A DNA stretch of 64,000 nucleotides from the NCBI GenBank assembly GCA_950097015.1, contig CATNEN010000003.1, forward strand, positions 9,238,001 through 9,302,000, given 5' to 3'. The translations under genes were made by a program, and so were the position numbers. The notes beneath the pieces were generated by a model. The model did no database searches. It had not been told where the DNA came from and saw only the letters and a program-made list of their open reading frames with translations. Positions 39,401 to 51,688 of this stretch are shown piece by piece (within the stretch, counting starts at the first letter, position 1; each line of letters opens with the position of its first letter). Origin of the DNA: Macrostomum hystrix. Lineage: Eukaryota > Animalia > Platyhelminthes.

Positions 39401-39790
39401 GAATCCTCATTCAAGGAATCCTCATTCAAGAAATCCTCATTCAAGGAATCCTCATTCAAGGAATCCTCATTCAAGGAATCCTCATTCAAGGAATCCTCAT
39501 TCAAGGAATCCTCATTCAAGGAATCCTCATTCAAGGAATCCTCATTCAAGGAATCCTCATTCAAGGAATCCTCATTCAGGGAATCCTCATTCAAGGAATC
39601 CGTATTCAAGGAATCCTCATTCAGGGAATCCTCATTCAAGGAATCCTCATTCAAGGAATCCTCATTCAAGGAATCCTCATTCAAGGAATCCTCATTCAAG
39701 GAATCCGTATTCAAGGAATCCTCATTCAAGGAATCCTCATTCAAGGAATCCGTATTCAAGGAATCCTCATTCAAGGAATCCTCATTCAAG
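36415..39790. repeat. 3.4-kb 15-bp minisatellite GGAATCCTCATTCAA in amylase intron 5
   Basis: About 225 near-perfect units; explains the SRNPH-repeat ORF. Confidence 0.95.
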
Positions 39791-40010
39791 GCCGCATTCA
39801 TTCGGTGCTTAGCCGCGATTAGGAAGAAGGCTTGGGGGCTTGTCATGCAATTTACGCCCTTTCTAGGCACAGTGAGAGTGTACTCTGCCTGACGATGAGA
39901 AAGTCAGGTACATACAGATGTACAGATGTTCACACTTTGTGCTCAGGAGTCAGCTAAATGGGCAGAATTGCCTCCTCGCTGGCTGCGTGTCATTGCCCAT
40001 CATTTGGTGA
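39788..40010 (+). mobile_element. 5'-truncated SINE family 1 copy
   Basis: Shares gcattcatt...ggcttgtc.tgcaatttacgccct...ctgcctgacgatgagaaagtcagg...gcctcctcgctggctgcg with 17671-18086. Confidence 0.85.
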
Positions 40011-40060
40011 AAAAATCCCCAGATTTCCCCAAATCTCCCCGAATTTCCTCCCCAAAAAAG

Positions 40061-40381
40061 GTTCGCGCCGCCATCGAGGCCGCTTCGCCACCGCCGCAGA
40101 CCACCACCTGGGACGACGGCAGAAACAGCATCGCAGTTGGCCGCAGCGGACTGGCCTTCTACGCCGCCAGCACGGACGACGGCCTGACGACTCGTCCGCC
40201 GAATCTGCGAACCGGCCTTCCGGCTGGCACCTACTGCGATGTCATGACCGGGGAGCGAACCAACGACGGCAGCGGCTGCACCGGCAGATCTGTCACGGTG
40301 CAGCCCGATGGCACAGCGGAGATCAGTTTGCCAGAGGGGCAGATCTCAATGCTGATCTACACTGGAGCTAGGCTGGGCTAG
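40061..40381 (+). CDS. Amy: Alpha-amylase exon 6 (C-terminal beta domain)
   Basis: WDDGRNSIAVGR, TGLPAGTYCDV and CTG motifs; stop TAG at 40379-40381. Confidence 0.93.
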   Translation, partial: VRAAIEAASPPPQTTTWDDGRNSIAVGRSGLAFYAASTDDGLTTRPPNLRTGLPAGTYCDVMTGERTNDGSGCTGRSVTVQPDGTAEISLPEGQISMLIYTGARLG

Positions 40382-40564
40382 CTATAGTTTGTCAGTTCCA
40401 TGCAGAGAATAATGATTTGAAAACACTGCTGTATTCAGTTAAATTCATTGACCAAAAAATATAACCTTAAAAGACTGATTTGATCGTTCCAATTTTGTTT
40501 TATGAGCATTGCAGCACAAGAAAAATATTAAATCATACAATTATAGTAGTAGCTACTTGACAAC

Positions 40565-41410
40565 CGTCACCCCTGTCACTCTTATTCTCACTCTGTCACT
40601 CTTCATCTCACTCTGTCACTCTTCATCTCACCCTGTCACTCTTCATCTCACCCTGTCACTTTCACTCTCACCCTCTCACTCTTCATCTCACCCTGTCACT
40701 TTCACTCTCACCCTGTCACTTTTACTCTCACCCTCTCACTCTTCATCTCACCCTGTCACTCTTCATCTCACTCTGTCACTCTTCATCTCACCCTGTCACT
40801 CTTCTTCTCACCCTGTCACTCTTCATCTCACCCTGTCACTCTCCTTCTCACCCTGTCACTCTTTATCTCACCCTGTCACTCTTTATCTAACCCTGTCACT
40901 CTTCATCTCACCCTGTCACTCTTCATCTCACTGTCACTCTTCATCTCACTCTGTCACTCTTCATCTCACCCTGTCACTCTTTATCTCACCCTGTCACTCT
41001 TCATCTCACCTTGTCACTCTTCATCTAACCCTGTCACTCTTCTTCTCACCCTGTCACTCTTTATCTCACCCTGTCACTCTTTATCTAACCCTGTCATTCT
41101 TTATCTAACCCTGTCACTCTTCATCTCACCCTGTCACTCTTCATCTCACTGTCACTCTTCATCTCACCCTGTCACTTTCACTCTCACCCTCTCACTCTTC
41201 ATCTCACTCTGTCACTTTCACTCTCACCCTCTCACTCTTCATCTCACCCTGTCACTCTTCATCTCACCCTGTCACTCTTCATCTCACCCTGTCACTTTCA
41301 CTCTCACCCTCTCACTCTTCATCTCACCCTGTCACTTTCACTCTCACCCTGTCACTTTTACTCTCACCCTCTCACTCTTCATCTCACCCTGTCACTCTCC
41401 TTCTCACCCT
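40565..41410. repeat. 20-bp minisatellite CTCACCCTGTCACTCTTCAT
   Basis: Tandem units between the convergent amylase and caveolin A 3' ends. Confidence 0.9.
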
Positions 41411-41578
41411 GTTTTCTTTCGTCAACAGTTTGAAACAGCTTTTTTGCTCATTTCTATTATTGATTAGTTATTATAAATAGACTTTAGTATAGAAGCAATA
41501 AATAAGGTGCATATATAATCGTTATCTCCTAATAACAGTAAAATCATTATCCAAAATTAGCTGTCCAAAGTTGCCTAA

Positions 41579-43442
41579 TCATTTGTTGGCCACTTTGATA
41601 CGGCTAAACACGAGACCGCAGGCCCGACAAACAGAACCGCACACCAAATCGGCGTAGGCCTCATAAAACTCTCTGAATACGCCAATGTAGATCTGGCACA
41701 GTTTTAGATTCGGTGTGTAGCACCAGATGTTCTGGTAGGCAACGATGGCGAAAGTGCAGCCCCAGTATAGAGCGATGCACAGGCCTGTGAACAGAGTCAA
41801 GAATTTGTAGCAGCAGTTCTTGCCGCAGGTGAAACAGGTGTGCGACAGGCGCCAGACACAATCGATGGAGTGGGCGTGCTCCGGCTCGCCTAGGACTTCG
41901 TCGAAGCCCACCTGTAATTTAATTTGGGGTAGGGTTAGGGTTAGGGTTAGGGTTAGGGTTAGATTTAGGGCTAGGGCTACTTCGTGTTGTAAAATTTTGG
42001 GTTCTAACAACTGGTATAAATTTTGTTCTAATAAAAATGATTTACTATTATTCATACTAATCATACCTAATATGATTAGGTAGGCTGCTCATATTAGTTG
42101 AAAAATATTATTCATGCTAAAAAGAGGGTGTCATACACGATGAAATCGATTAGTCATGCAAGATGAAATAGATTGCTAATACAATATGAAATAGACTGGT
42201 CATACAAGATGAAATGGATTGGTCATACTAGATTAAATGGATTGGTCATACAAGAGGAAAAAGATTGGTCATACAAGATGAAATAGACTGGTCATACAAG
42301 ATGAAATAGATTGTTCATTCCAGATGAATTATATTGGTCATACAAGATGAAACAGATTGGTCATTCTAGATGAAATCGATTGGTCATACAAGATGAAACA
42401 GATTGGTCATTCTAGATGAAATCGATTGGTCATACAAGATGAAACAGATTGGTCATTCTAGATGAAATCGATTGGTCATACAAGATGAAACAGACTGGTC
42501 ATTCTAGATGAAATCGATTGGTCATACAAGATGAAACAGACTGGTCATTCCAGATGAAATCGATTGGTCATACAAGAGGAAACAGACTGGTCATTCTAGA
42601 TGAAATCGATTGGTCATACAAGATGAAACAGATTGGTCATTCTAGATGAAATCGATTGGTCATACAAGATGAAACAGACTGGTCATTCTAGATGAAATCG
42701 ATTGGTCATACAAGAGGAAACAGACTGGTCATTCTAGATGAAATCGATTGGTCATACAAGATGAAATAGACTGGTCATACAAGAGGAAATAGATTGGTCA
42801 TACAAGATGAAATAGACTGGTCATACAAGATGAAATAGATTGTTCATTCCAGATGAATTATATTGGTCATACAAGATGAAACAGATTGGTCATTCTAGAT
42901 GAAATCGATTGGTCATACAAGATGAAACAGATTGTTCATTCCAGATGAATTATATTGGTCATACAAGATGAAACAGATTGGTCATTCTAGATGAAATCGA
43001 TTGGTCATACAAGATGAAACAGATTGGTCATTCTAGATGAAATCGATTGGTCATACAAGATGAAACATATTGGTCATTCTAGATGAAATCGATTGGTCAT
43101 ACAAGATGAAACAGATTGTTCATTCCAGATGAATTATATTGGTCATACAAGATGAAACAGATTGGTCATTCTAGATGAAATCGATTGGTCATGCAAGATG
43201 AAACAGACTGGTCATTCTATATGAATTAAACTGGTCGTACTGGATGAAGTACGAGTAGATTGTTCATTCTAGATGAAATAGATAAATAGATGAAATATCT
43301 GCTTTTACGCATACCATACAAACAAGACAAAGGTAAATGAACTGCTGCTCACCTTGAGATGATTGTTGAGTCCATTTGGATCCCGGTTCACCATGTCCAT
43401 GTCCGAGTTGTCGCTATGAGCGTCGTCATCGCGTCGACCCAT
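41579..43442 (-). CDS. Cav: Caveolin A (exons 43442-43353 and 41911-41579; 140 aa)
   Basis: DMVNRDPNGLNNHLK | VGFDEVLGEPEHAHSIDCVW caveolin signature; AAG|gtgagc and ttacag| splice sites. Confidence 0.92.
41927..41978. repeat. Short interstitial (TTAGGG)n tract in the caveolin A intron
   Basis: About 4-5 perfect plus several degenerate TTAGGG units. Confidence 0.8.
42140..43280. repeat. 23-bp minisatellite, largely a 46-bp dimer (GATTGGTCATACAAGATGAAACA / GATTGGTCATTCTAGATGAAATC)
   Basis: Alternating unit variants in the caveolin A intron. Confidence 0.9.
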
Positions 43443-45158
43443 GTTCTAACTTTTTTGGCGATTCCGTCGAAAAAAAAACGAATTGAGTTGCTTCTTGAGT
43501 ATCAGGAAATTGTTCTCTGCCAATTTAGGGACCGATTTTGTATAATTGTGAATTTAGTCGCCACACCCAGAAGAAAGTCATTAAATAAAATGTGCATCTC
43601 CTTTCTGCTTCAGCATTTTTTCTCACGATCTTCACATGGACTGACGAGGCTTAAAACATGAAATCATTGGTTGAAATATGAGAAAATTTCCCAGCAAAGC
43701 ATAGCTCGGAGTCTCAAATCCTTATACAGCTAGGTCAACTAGAGAATGTCGCTTAAGAATTAGAGTGTGAATTAAAACTTTTGCTAAAAGCTTCAAAGTG
43801 TATGGCGCCTTCTGTTGAAAAATATCAGGGAGTGTCCGAGCGTGGGAATGTCTGGGCGCAGGAATGTCAGAGTATGTTTGGGGAATGTCAGAGTAATGTG
43901 AGGGGAATGTCACAGTATGTGCGGGGATCGGGGAAAGACGTGGAGAATTGTCAGATTATATGTGGGGAACGTCGGGGTATGTGTGGGGAATGTCAGAGTA
44001 TGTCAGAGCATGTGTAAAGATTTTCACAGTTTCTGAGATTTAAGATCTTGTTGGGAATGCAAGAATATGTGAGGGGAATGTGTGAGTATGTGCAACTCAA
44101 TGTCGAAATATGATGTGGAGTTTTAATGTGCCAACTATCTTCAAATAAAAATAAAATGTTAATAAACGCTAAAAGTATATGCAGATAAACTGCCGTTTTC
44201 TCATGCCTATCGGGTGCGTATAATTATATAAATCTCATCAGTGATGTACCTGTTTCCATATTAAAACTGTTCTCAGCCCACGGTTACTCAAAACAAGGAC
44301 TGGCTGACAATGCTACATATTTTTTTCATATACTTTAAATGCCCTAGCACCCAGTATCTCGTAAGTTTGTAGCGCGGTTAAGAGGCTACTCAAATTGTTG
44401 TTGAGAACGAGCTCAGTTAAGATCTCGCTTCTTCAAAAAGAAATCGGACAGGGCTTGCAAAGCAAAAATAGAATGAATCAAAATAAGAAAGCTTCACATG
44501 CCAAGCAAGGCTTAATTTGGCCAAATAAATCCAATGGCAACACACACACACACACACACAAGCACAAAACGCATATCTACTCAAAACAGCCTTCTCATCT
44601 GATATAGCTGCTTTGTGGTGTGCTAAGAGCATTGTGACAAAATGTGACAGTTGAATTGAATTGACACAGCGCCGCTTTCTTTCAAGCCTTCTTAAAAAAG
44701 CGAGTGGGTCCGAAGCCTTGACAACCAAACACTTCAGACTCTCCTGCAGCGCCCTGCAAGAAGAGAAAGAAAGAATAAAAATTATAATAGCTACAGAAGC
44801 AGCTGAGGGCGCGGAGGCCGGGTGGGCAGGAAAATAAAAAGTGGTGCCACTTTTGAGCTATTCGACCAATTCGAATATCCCCGCTTTTACCTGAGCAGGC
44901 TAACGAACTGTAAAGAATTGGTTTTGGCCAAATTGTCAATTCAACCCACAGCAATGAACTGGGCGGGCAGGGACAGACAAGGCAGAGAGACTGCGCCTAG
45001 AGACTCATTCCAGCGTCCCTCGGTTGGCATGGCAGCGGTCCGGCCACGCGAAATAAATTGGCGCACCCAGCAAGCAGGCGCGGCATTCACGGGCCCCACA
45101 GCAGCTAACAGCGGACCAGTTTTTTGTTACATTTCCCGATCAACAAGCCAGCCTAGCA

Positions 45159-45667
45159 ATGTCCAAGGGAGAGGAACCCAAGAAGGAGGTCGACCTGGTC
45201 AACCGCGACCCCAACCAGCTCAATGGCCACCTCAAGGTAAGTTTCGCGTCCTCTCGTTGCTGACTCGAACGAATGAGTACAAACTCAAAGCTAGGACTCA
45301 ATCTAACCCAAACTAATTAATCGGAAATGCGCAGGTGGGCTTCGAGGAGGTGCTTGGCGAGCCGGAGCATGCCCACTCCATCGACTGTCTATGGCGCAAC
45401 TCGTACATGTGCTTCACCGGCGGCAAGAACTGCTGCTACAAGTTCCTGACTGTCCTCACCGGCCTCTGCATCGCCCTCTGCTGGGGCTGCTCCTTCGCCA
45501 TGGTCGCCTACAGCAACATCTGGTGCATCACCCCGGCTTTGAAGTGCTTCAAGATCTACGTCGGCGTGTTCGCTGATTGTTGGAGCACCTTGCTAGACTG
45601 CTGCATCGGCATGTTGTGCCAGGCGTGCGGCCTGTACTTCAGCCGTATCAAGGTGCAACAGGGCTAG
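45159..45667 (+). CDS. Cav: Caveolin B (exons 45159-45236 and 45335-45667; 136 aa)
   Basis: MSKGEEPKKEVDLVNRDPNQLNGHLK | VGFEEVLGEPEHAHSIDCLW; 98-nt GT-AG intron. Confidence 0.93.
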
Positions 45668-46179
45668 GCTCTTTCTGTTCGCTGATTGGCTGATTGAATT
45701 GACCTTGGCGCTAATTAGTTACAAATTTTCTAAACACTGCATGAGCTAGAAGCGTGCGACTCAAACACAGGTTCCAAAGTAAACATAGACAGCTACACTA
45801 CTGGATACAATGCGATTCAGATACTGTACACAATATATGCTTCATATGGGCATTTTTGCCACGCAAAAGTACTACGCCCATCATTAAATATTTTTATTTT
45901 TAAATACCAAATAGACACGAAAATGATCAATTTGGATAGAATATTTCCTTTTCTGACTTTTATATCTGATTTTATATAGAAACATTTCTCGCCTTAAAAT
46001 ACTTTGCCAACGAGGGTTGCAAAAATTGTGATTTATAGCGGTTCTTGAAACATTTTATTTGGAAATATTACAGTGCTATTATCAGCAGCGCAGGAACATT
46101 AAATATCTAGAGTTCTCATAAACTAACCTGATTATTTTAATAGACGTTAGAATTCGCTCAGCATGTCTGGTCCTATTAG

Positions 46180-46393
46180 AGCCAGCGAGGAGGCAGTTCT
46201 GTACACAGGTGTGTACATCTGCCCTGACTTTCTCATCGTCAGGCAGCGCACTCTCACTGTGACTTGAAAGTTGGCTATCAGGGGTGTAAATTGCACGACA
46301 AGCCCCCAAGCCTTCTCTCCGTGGCTGCGCCCCAAATGAATGTGGCCTCGCCGCGGAATCGAGCTCAGGGCCTTGGTGCTAAGGGCAGACGTG
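46180..46393 (-). mobile_element. Truncated, internally deleted SINE family 1 copy
   Basis: B-box remnant gctcgattcc, body matching 17671-18086, ends after gcctcctcgctggct. Confidence 0.85.
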
Positions 46394-47261
46394 AAGCTAA
46401 GTTATAGTTACATCTTGGGATGCTGCGCTTGACAGCACCTGAAAAGGTTGCACAGGCTCATTAAATCAAAACCCCGACGAAATTCTGTAGCTGGATAATG
46501 ACTGGCTTCATATCTCATTATCTCATCTCTCGCTAAATAAGTCTTGAGAACTAGCATTGAGCTTTGGTTGCTAGGGCCAGCTAGCCCTAGCTAGCATTCA
46601 CTCGAAGATGGAACTTGCAACTTGCATGCAGGTGAGGTGAAGCCATGAGTGCAATTGTTAACGCTAATTGGACACGGGGGCGTCTGAGAAAACAACTGTA
46701 CAGTGCTGCCAGTGTTTTCACCTGACAATATGAGGCTGGGAGCCTGTAGCCTAGCAACGGCATTGGAGAAAGCGATGAGCGCGAATTTAAACTTACTTTG
46801 AATGGAAATTTTTCATTCACGAGTTTGACACTTTAAGCGTCAATCAATAAAGTTTTTGATAAACAAAGCTGACTAAAATGCTTCGCTTTCGATCAATCAT
46901 TAAAAAAATCGATAGTAATCTAGCCGTAGTTTATTATTTCACTTTCATGATTAAGTAAATGCTGACAAAAGAAACGATTTTGTTAAGAAATTAAAAGATT
47001 TATTTTTTATCCCCTGTGCATTACAAAGAGCTTATTCGTATATTTTTAGATCATTCGGTTGTAACACTGTTGGTCAAGAACTTGGCTAATAACCAGAAAA
47101 ACAAATGACAGAAGAAATTATAAAGTGCTTTTTATTAATCCAAATTATACTCTCATCACCAGCAACATTGGGGTCTTTGAAGAGACAATAAAAATACCAT
47201 TCAGTCGCATTGTTCTTCATATTATTGATTGTCCCATTTTGTTGTGCCGTCAGGCCGGCTC

Positions 47262-47767
47262 CTATTTTCCAACTTGAATGCGGCTGAAGTACAGGCCGCA
47301 CGCCTTGCAGCACGAGCCGATGCAGCAGTCTAGCAAGGTGCTCCACCAATCAGCGAACACGCCGATGTAGATCTTGAAGCACTTCAAAGCCGGGGTGATG
47401 CACCAGATGTTGCTGTAGGCGACCATGGCGAAGGAGCAGCCCCAGCAGAGGGCGATGCAGAGGCCGGTGAGGACACTCAGGAACTTGTAGCAGCAGTTCT
47501 TGCCGCCGGTGAAGCACATGTACGAGTTGCGCCATAGACAGTCGATGGAGTGGGCGTGCTCCGGCTCGCCAAGCACCTCCTCGAAGCCCACCTGCGCATT
47601 TCCGATTAGTTAGTTTGGGTTAGATTGAGTCCTAGCTTTGAGTTTGTACTCACTCGTTCGAGTCAGCAACGAGAGGACGCCAAACTTACCTTGATGTGGC
47701 CATTGAGCTGGTTGGGGTCGCGGTTGACCAGGTCGACCTCCTTCTTGGGTTCCTCTCCCTTGGACAT
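47262..47767 (-). CDS. Cav: Caveolin C (exons 47767-47690 and 47591-47262; 135 aa)
   Basis: Near-identical to B and D, including the 98-nt intron. Confidence 0.93.
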
Positions 47768-48845
47768 TGTTCGGTGAGTATGTTAGCAGCAGCAGTGCGA
47801 AAGCGTGGCTCGGCCAGTGGAGTGGACTGCTTGTTGCTCGGCTCGCTCACCTGGGGCACAATATATCGGCCCTGCTCCTTGCCGTCATGACAACCACGCG
47901 ACGCCAAATTGGAGGCTGACCATCAACCTCTCCCTCCTCGGCGCGCTGTTTTAGTTGATGAGGCTCACGCCACATTGTTGCTTCTTATTTTATTTTATTT
48001 TTCTCGACGCATCTGACGAACTTTGACGGACCCATTCATTTCCGAGGGGTGAGTCCGATGCATCGCGCAAGTTTTCAGTTTAAATTGTTCTGAAAAGAAA
48101 AGCTTCTACAAGCAGAACCCCTCAGTGCCAATCTGGCCCCACTATTAAAACACTAAAGGCTGCTTGACCATTCTGCGCTTGGCTTGCAGAAGAAATTTTC
48201 TTTCTGTATAGGAAGATTTCTGCGAGTTTTACGAGACAAATAAAAGAAAAAGCCTTAGCTGAACCTAATATAGGGTGGATAGTGTTGCAAATTTTTGTTT
48301 ATCTTTTATTTGTTTATCAAGATTCCATTGCGCTGTAAATAGATTTTGAACTTGAAGACGTGACCAAAACCTTGCGAGGCCTAATTCTGGTTTGGCCAGT
48401 TTCGGAGCAGTTTTTTCTCTCGCAATTTAACGCTACTAAAAGCGTCCTTTTGAAACTATTGCATCAAATATTTATTTTGAAATTTATAGGATAAATTCTG
48501 CGCTACGTTAGACACCATCAACTTACTATTCGAGTTTCTTGTGTATAAAAAACATCTCAAAAGTTTAGAATTATATTTTTACTGCCATTCGAAAAAGTTG
48601 TGGTTCAAAATATCGCCGGTCTCAATGCAGAGGGGTCACAGTACCGAAGGGAGGCCGCCGTTCGCTTGCAGTGTTGGGGTGTAGCGAATTTGTGGGTGGG
48701 TGTCTCAGTTACCCCTCTGTCGCCATGACAATGGAAAGATGCGACAAAATTTCGAAACATAAAGGCTTTGCTATGCGGGTAGCGCTAACTGGCAGTCCAA
48801 CAACTCGCACACAGCAACCTAAATTGAAACTAAACCAGCCTAGCA

Positions 48846-49354
48846 ATGTCCAAGGGAGAGGAACCCAAGAAGGAGGTCGACCTGGTCAACCGCGACCCCA
48901 ACCAGCTCAATGGCCACATCAAGGTAAGTTTCGCGTCCTCTCGTTGCTGACTCGAACGAATGAGTACAAACTCAAAGCTAGGACTCAATCTAACCCAAAC
49001 TAATTAATCGGAAATGCGCAGGTGGGCTTCGAGGAGGTGCTTGGCGAGCCGGAGCACGCCCACTCCATCGACTGTCTATGGCGCAACTCGTACATGTGCT
49101 TCACCGGCGGCAAGAACTGCTGCTACAAGTTCATGACTGTCCTCACCGGCCTCTGCATCGCCCTCTTCTGGGGCTGCTCCTTCGCCATAGACGCCTACAT
49201 CAACATCTGGTGCATCACCCCGGCTTTGAAGTGCTTCAAGATCTACATCGGCGTGTTCGCTGATTGTTGGAGCGCCTTGCTAGACTGCTGCATCGGCTCG
49301 TGCTGCCAGGCCCATGGCCTGTACTTCAGCCGCATCAAGGTGCAACAGGGCTAG
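48846..49354 (+). CDS. Cav: Caveolin D (exons 48846-48923 and 49022-49354; 136 aa)
   Basis: Near-identical to B. Confidence 0.93.
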
Positions 49355-49789
49355 GCTCTTCCTGTTCGCTGATTGGCTAATTGAATCGAACCATGACAAA
49401 TTGTTATACTTCCCTATATTAATCAACTAAGCATGTCAATTTGATAGTTAGATATCTGATAAGCCTTACATTTTCACTATCCAAACTAATTTAGATAGCA
49501 AAGCTATCTGTTGAGTTTGCCTAATTTTTATACTTCTGTTAACTGCACCACAAGAAAGAGAAGATACTTGAAATAAATATAAAAACAGCCAACTGAGACA
49601 TAAAAAATCTGGGAAACAGATGAGCAACTCTTTGAATTTTGAATGTGTACTGTCATTAGTTTTCAAATTCTATTAACGATTTTTAGCTGAAAAACACCTT
49701 AGAAACACCTTGAAAACCAACTTAGAAGCGGGTTTGAAGAGATGCGAAAGTAAGGACTGTATATTGTGGGTAAATTTTGGGTATTGAGG

Positions 49790-51180
49790 GTAAATTGTGG
49801 GGGGCAAGATTCAAGAGGGTAGATTGAAGAGGGTAGATTGTGGAGGGGAGATTGTAAAGGGGAGATTGTGAAGGGGAGATTGTGAAGGGTGGATTGTGAA
49901 GGGTAGATTGAAGAGGGTAGATTGTGAAGGGGAGATTGTGAAGGGGAGATTGTGAAGGGGAGATTGTGAAGGGTGGATTGTAAAGGGTAGATTGTGAAGG
50001 GTAGATTGAAGAGGGTAGATTGAAGAGGGTAGATTGAAGAGGGTGGATTGTAGAGGGTAGATTGAAGAGGGTAGATTGAAGAGGGTAGATTGTGAAGGGT
50101 AGATTGAAGAGGGTAGATTGAAGAGGGTAGATTGAAGAGGGTGGATTGAAGAGGGTAGATTGAAGAGGGTAGATTGTGGAGGGGAGATTGTGAAGGGTGG
50201 ATTGTAAAGGGTAGATTGTGAAGGGTAGATTGAAGAGGGTTGATTGAAGAGGGTAGATTGAAGAGGGTAGATTGTGGAGGGGAGGTTGTGAAGGGTGGAT
50301 TGTAAAGGGTAGATTGTGAAGGGTAGATTGAAGAGGGTTGATTGAAGAGGGTAGATTGACGAGGGTAGATTGACGAGGGTGGATTGAAGAGGGTAGATTG
50401 AAGAGGGTAGATTGAAGAGGGTAGATTGTGAAGGGTGGATTGAAGACGGTAGATTGAAGAGGGTAGATTGTGAAGGGTGGATTTAAGACGGTAGATTGAA
50501 GAGGGTAGATTGAAGAGGGTAGATTGAAGAGGGTAGATTGAAGAGGGTAGATTGAAGAGGGTTGATTGAAGAGGGTAGATTGACGAGGGTAGATTGACGA
50601 GGGTGGATTGAAGAGGGTAGATTGAAGAGGGTAGATTGAAGAGGGTAGATTGTGGAGGGGAGGTTGTGAAGGGTGGATTGTAAAGGGTAGATTGTGAAGG
50701 GTAGATTGAAGAGGGTTGATTGAAGAGGGTAGATTGACGAGGGTAGATTGACGAGGGTGGATTGAAGAGGGTAGATTGAAGAGGGTAGATTGAAGAGGGT
50801 AGATTGAAGAGGGTAGATTGTGGAGGGGAGGTTGTGAAGGGTGGATTGTAAAGGGTAGATTGTGAAGGGTAGATTGAAGAGGGTTGATTGAAGAGGGTAG
50901 ATTGACGAGGGTAGATTGACGAGGGTGGATTGAAGAGGGTAGATTGAAGAGGGTAGATTGAAGAGGGTAGATTGTGAAGGGTGGATTGAAGACGGTAGAT
51001 TGAAGAGGGTAGATTGTGAAGGGTGGATTTAAGACGGTAGATTGAAGAGGGTAGATTGTGAAGGGTGGATTTAAGACGGTAGATTGAAGAGGGTAGATTG
51101 AAGAGGGTAGATTGAAGAGGGTAGATTGAAGAGGGTAGATTGAAGAGGGTAGATTGAGGAGTGAGATTGAGGAGGGTAGA
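49790..51180. repeat. 15-bp purine-rich minisatellite GGGTAGATTGAAGA(G)
   Basis: Tandem units with larger duplicated blocks. Confidence 0.9.
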
Positions 51181-51688
51181 TACGTACGAGTATATTAAGT
51201 TTTGTGAGAGATTCATTAGGGTAGATTAATAATGAGGACTTTGTGGGAGGAGATTGAGTAGTCCACATTGTTTATTGCGAAGCGGCTAGTGACTGATAAG
51301 TTAATGCAGCTGGACAGAAAGCAACTACTTACAGTTTAGTAACATCCTTAGAGTGTACTACTTCGCAAGAACCCCTTTACTCAAACTGTTAGTTCGAGCA
51401 TCAGCCTGTAAACGTAAAACATGGATGAAGTCTGTATTTACTCTATATCGGTCACGAAAAAAATTAGAAAAAAAATCACACACTTACACATGCACAACCA
51501 GCTATGCAAGACAATCAAACGACACTTTGAGGTGTTGCAGAGAGCTGGCCACTCTGGGTTGTCATGACAACTCAGCGATGAAATCCCATCTGTACGAGTA
51601 TAGAGGTTAGTGCAAATTCAGCCGCATCACGCATCAGTTTTTAAAACGACTCGTGTGAACTCAACGGCCAGCAACCGAAAGCGGCACA

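Noticed and set aside
39885-39910. CTGACGA-TGA-GAAA-GTC in SINE family 1 as a hammerhead ribozyme core
   Set aside because: No stem II or III, and stem I cannot form in register; better explained as the simple hairpin CCTGAC/GTCAGG.
44822-45316. ORFs 44822..45316 and 48671..49003 as separate genes
   Set aside because: Off-frame overlaps of caveolin exon 1 and its intron; the shared text reflects the duplication.
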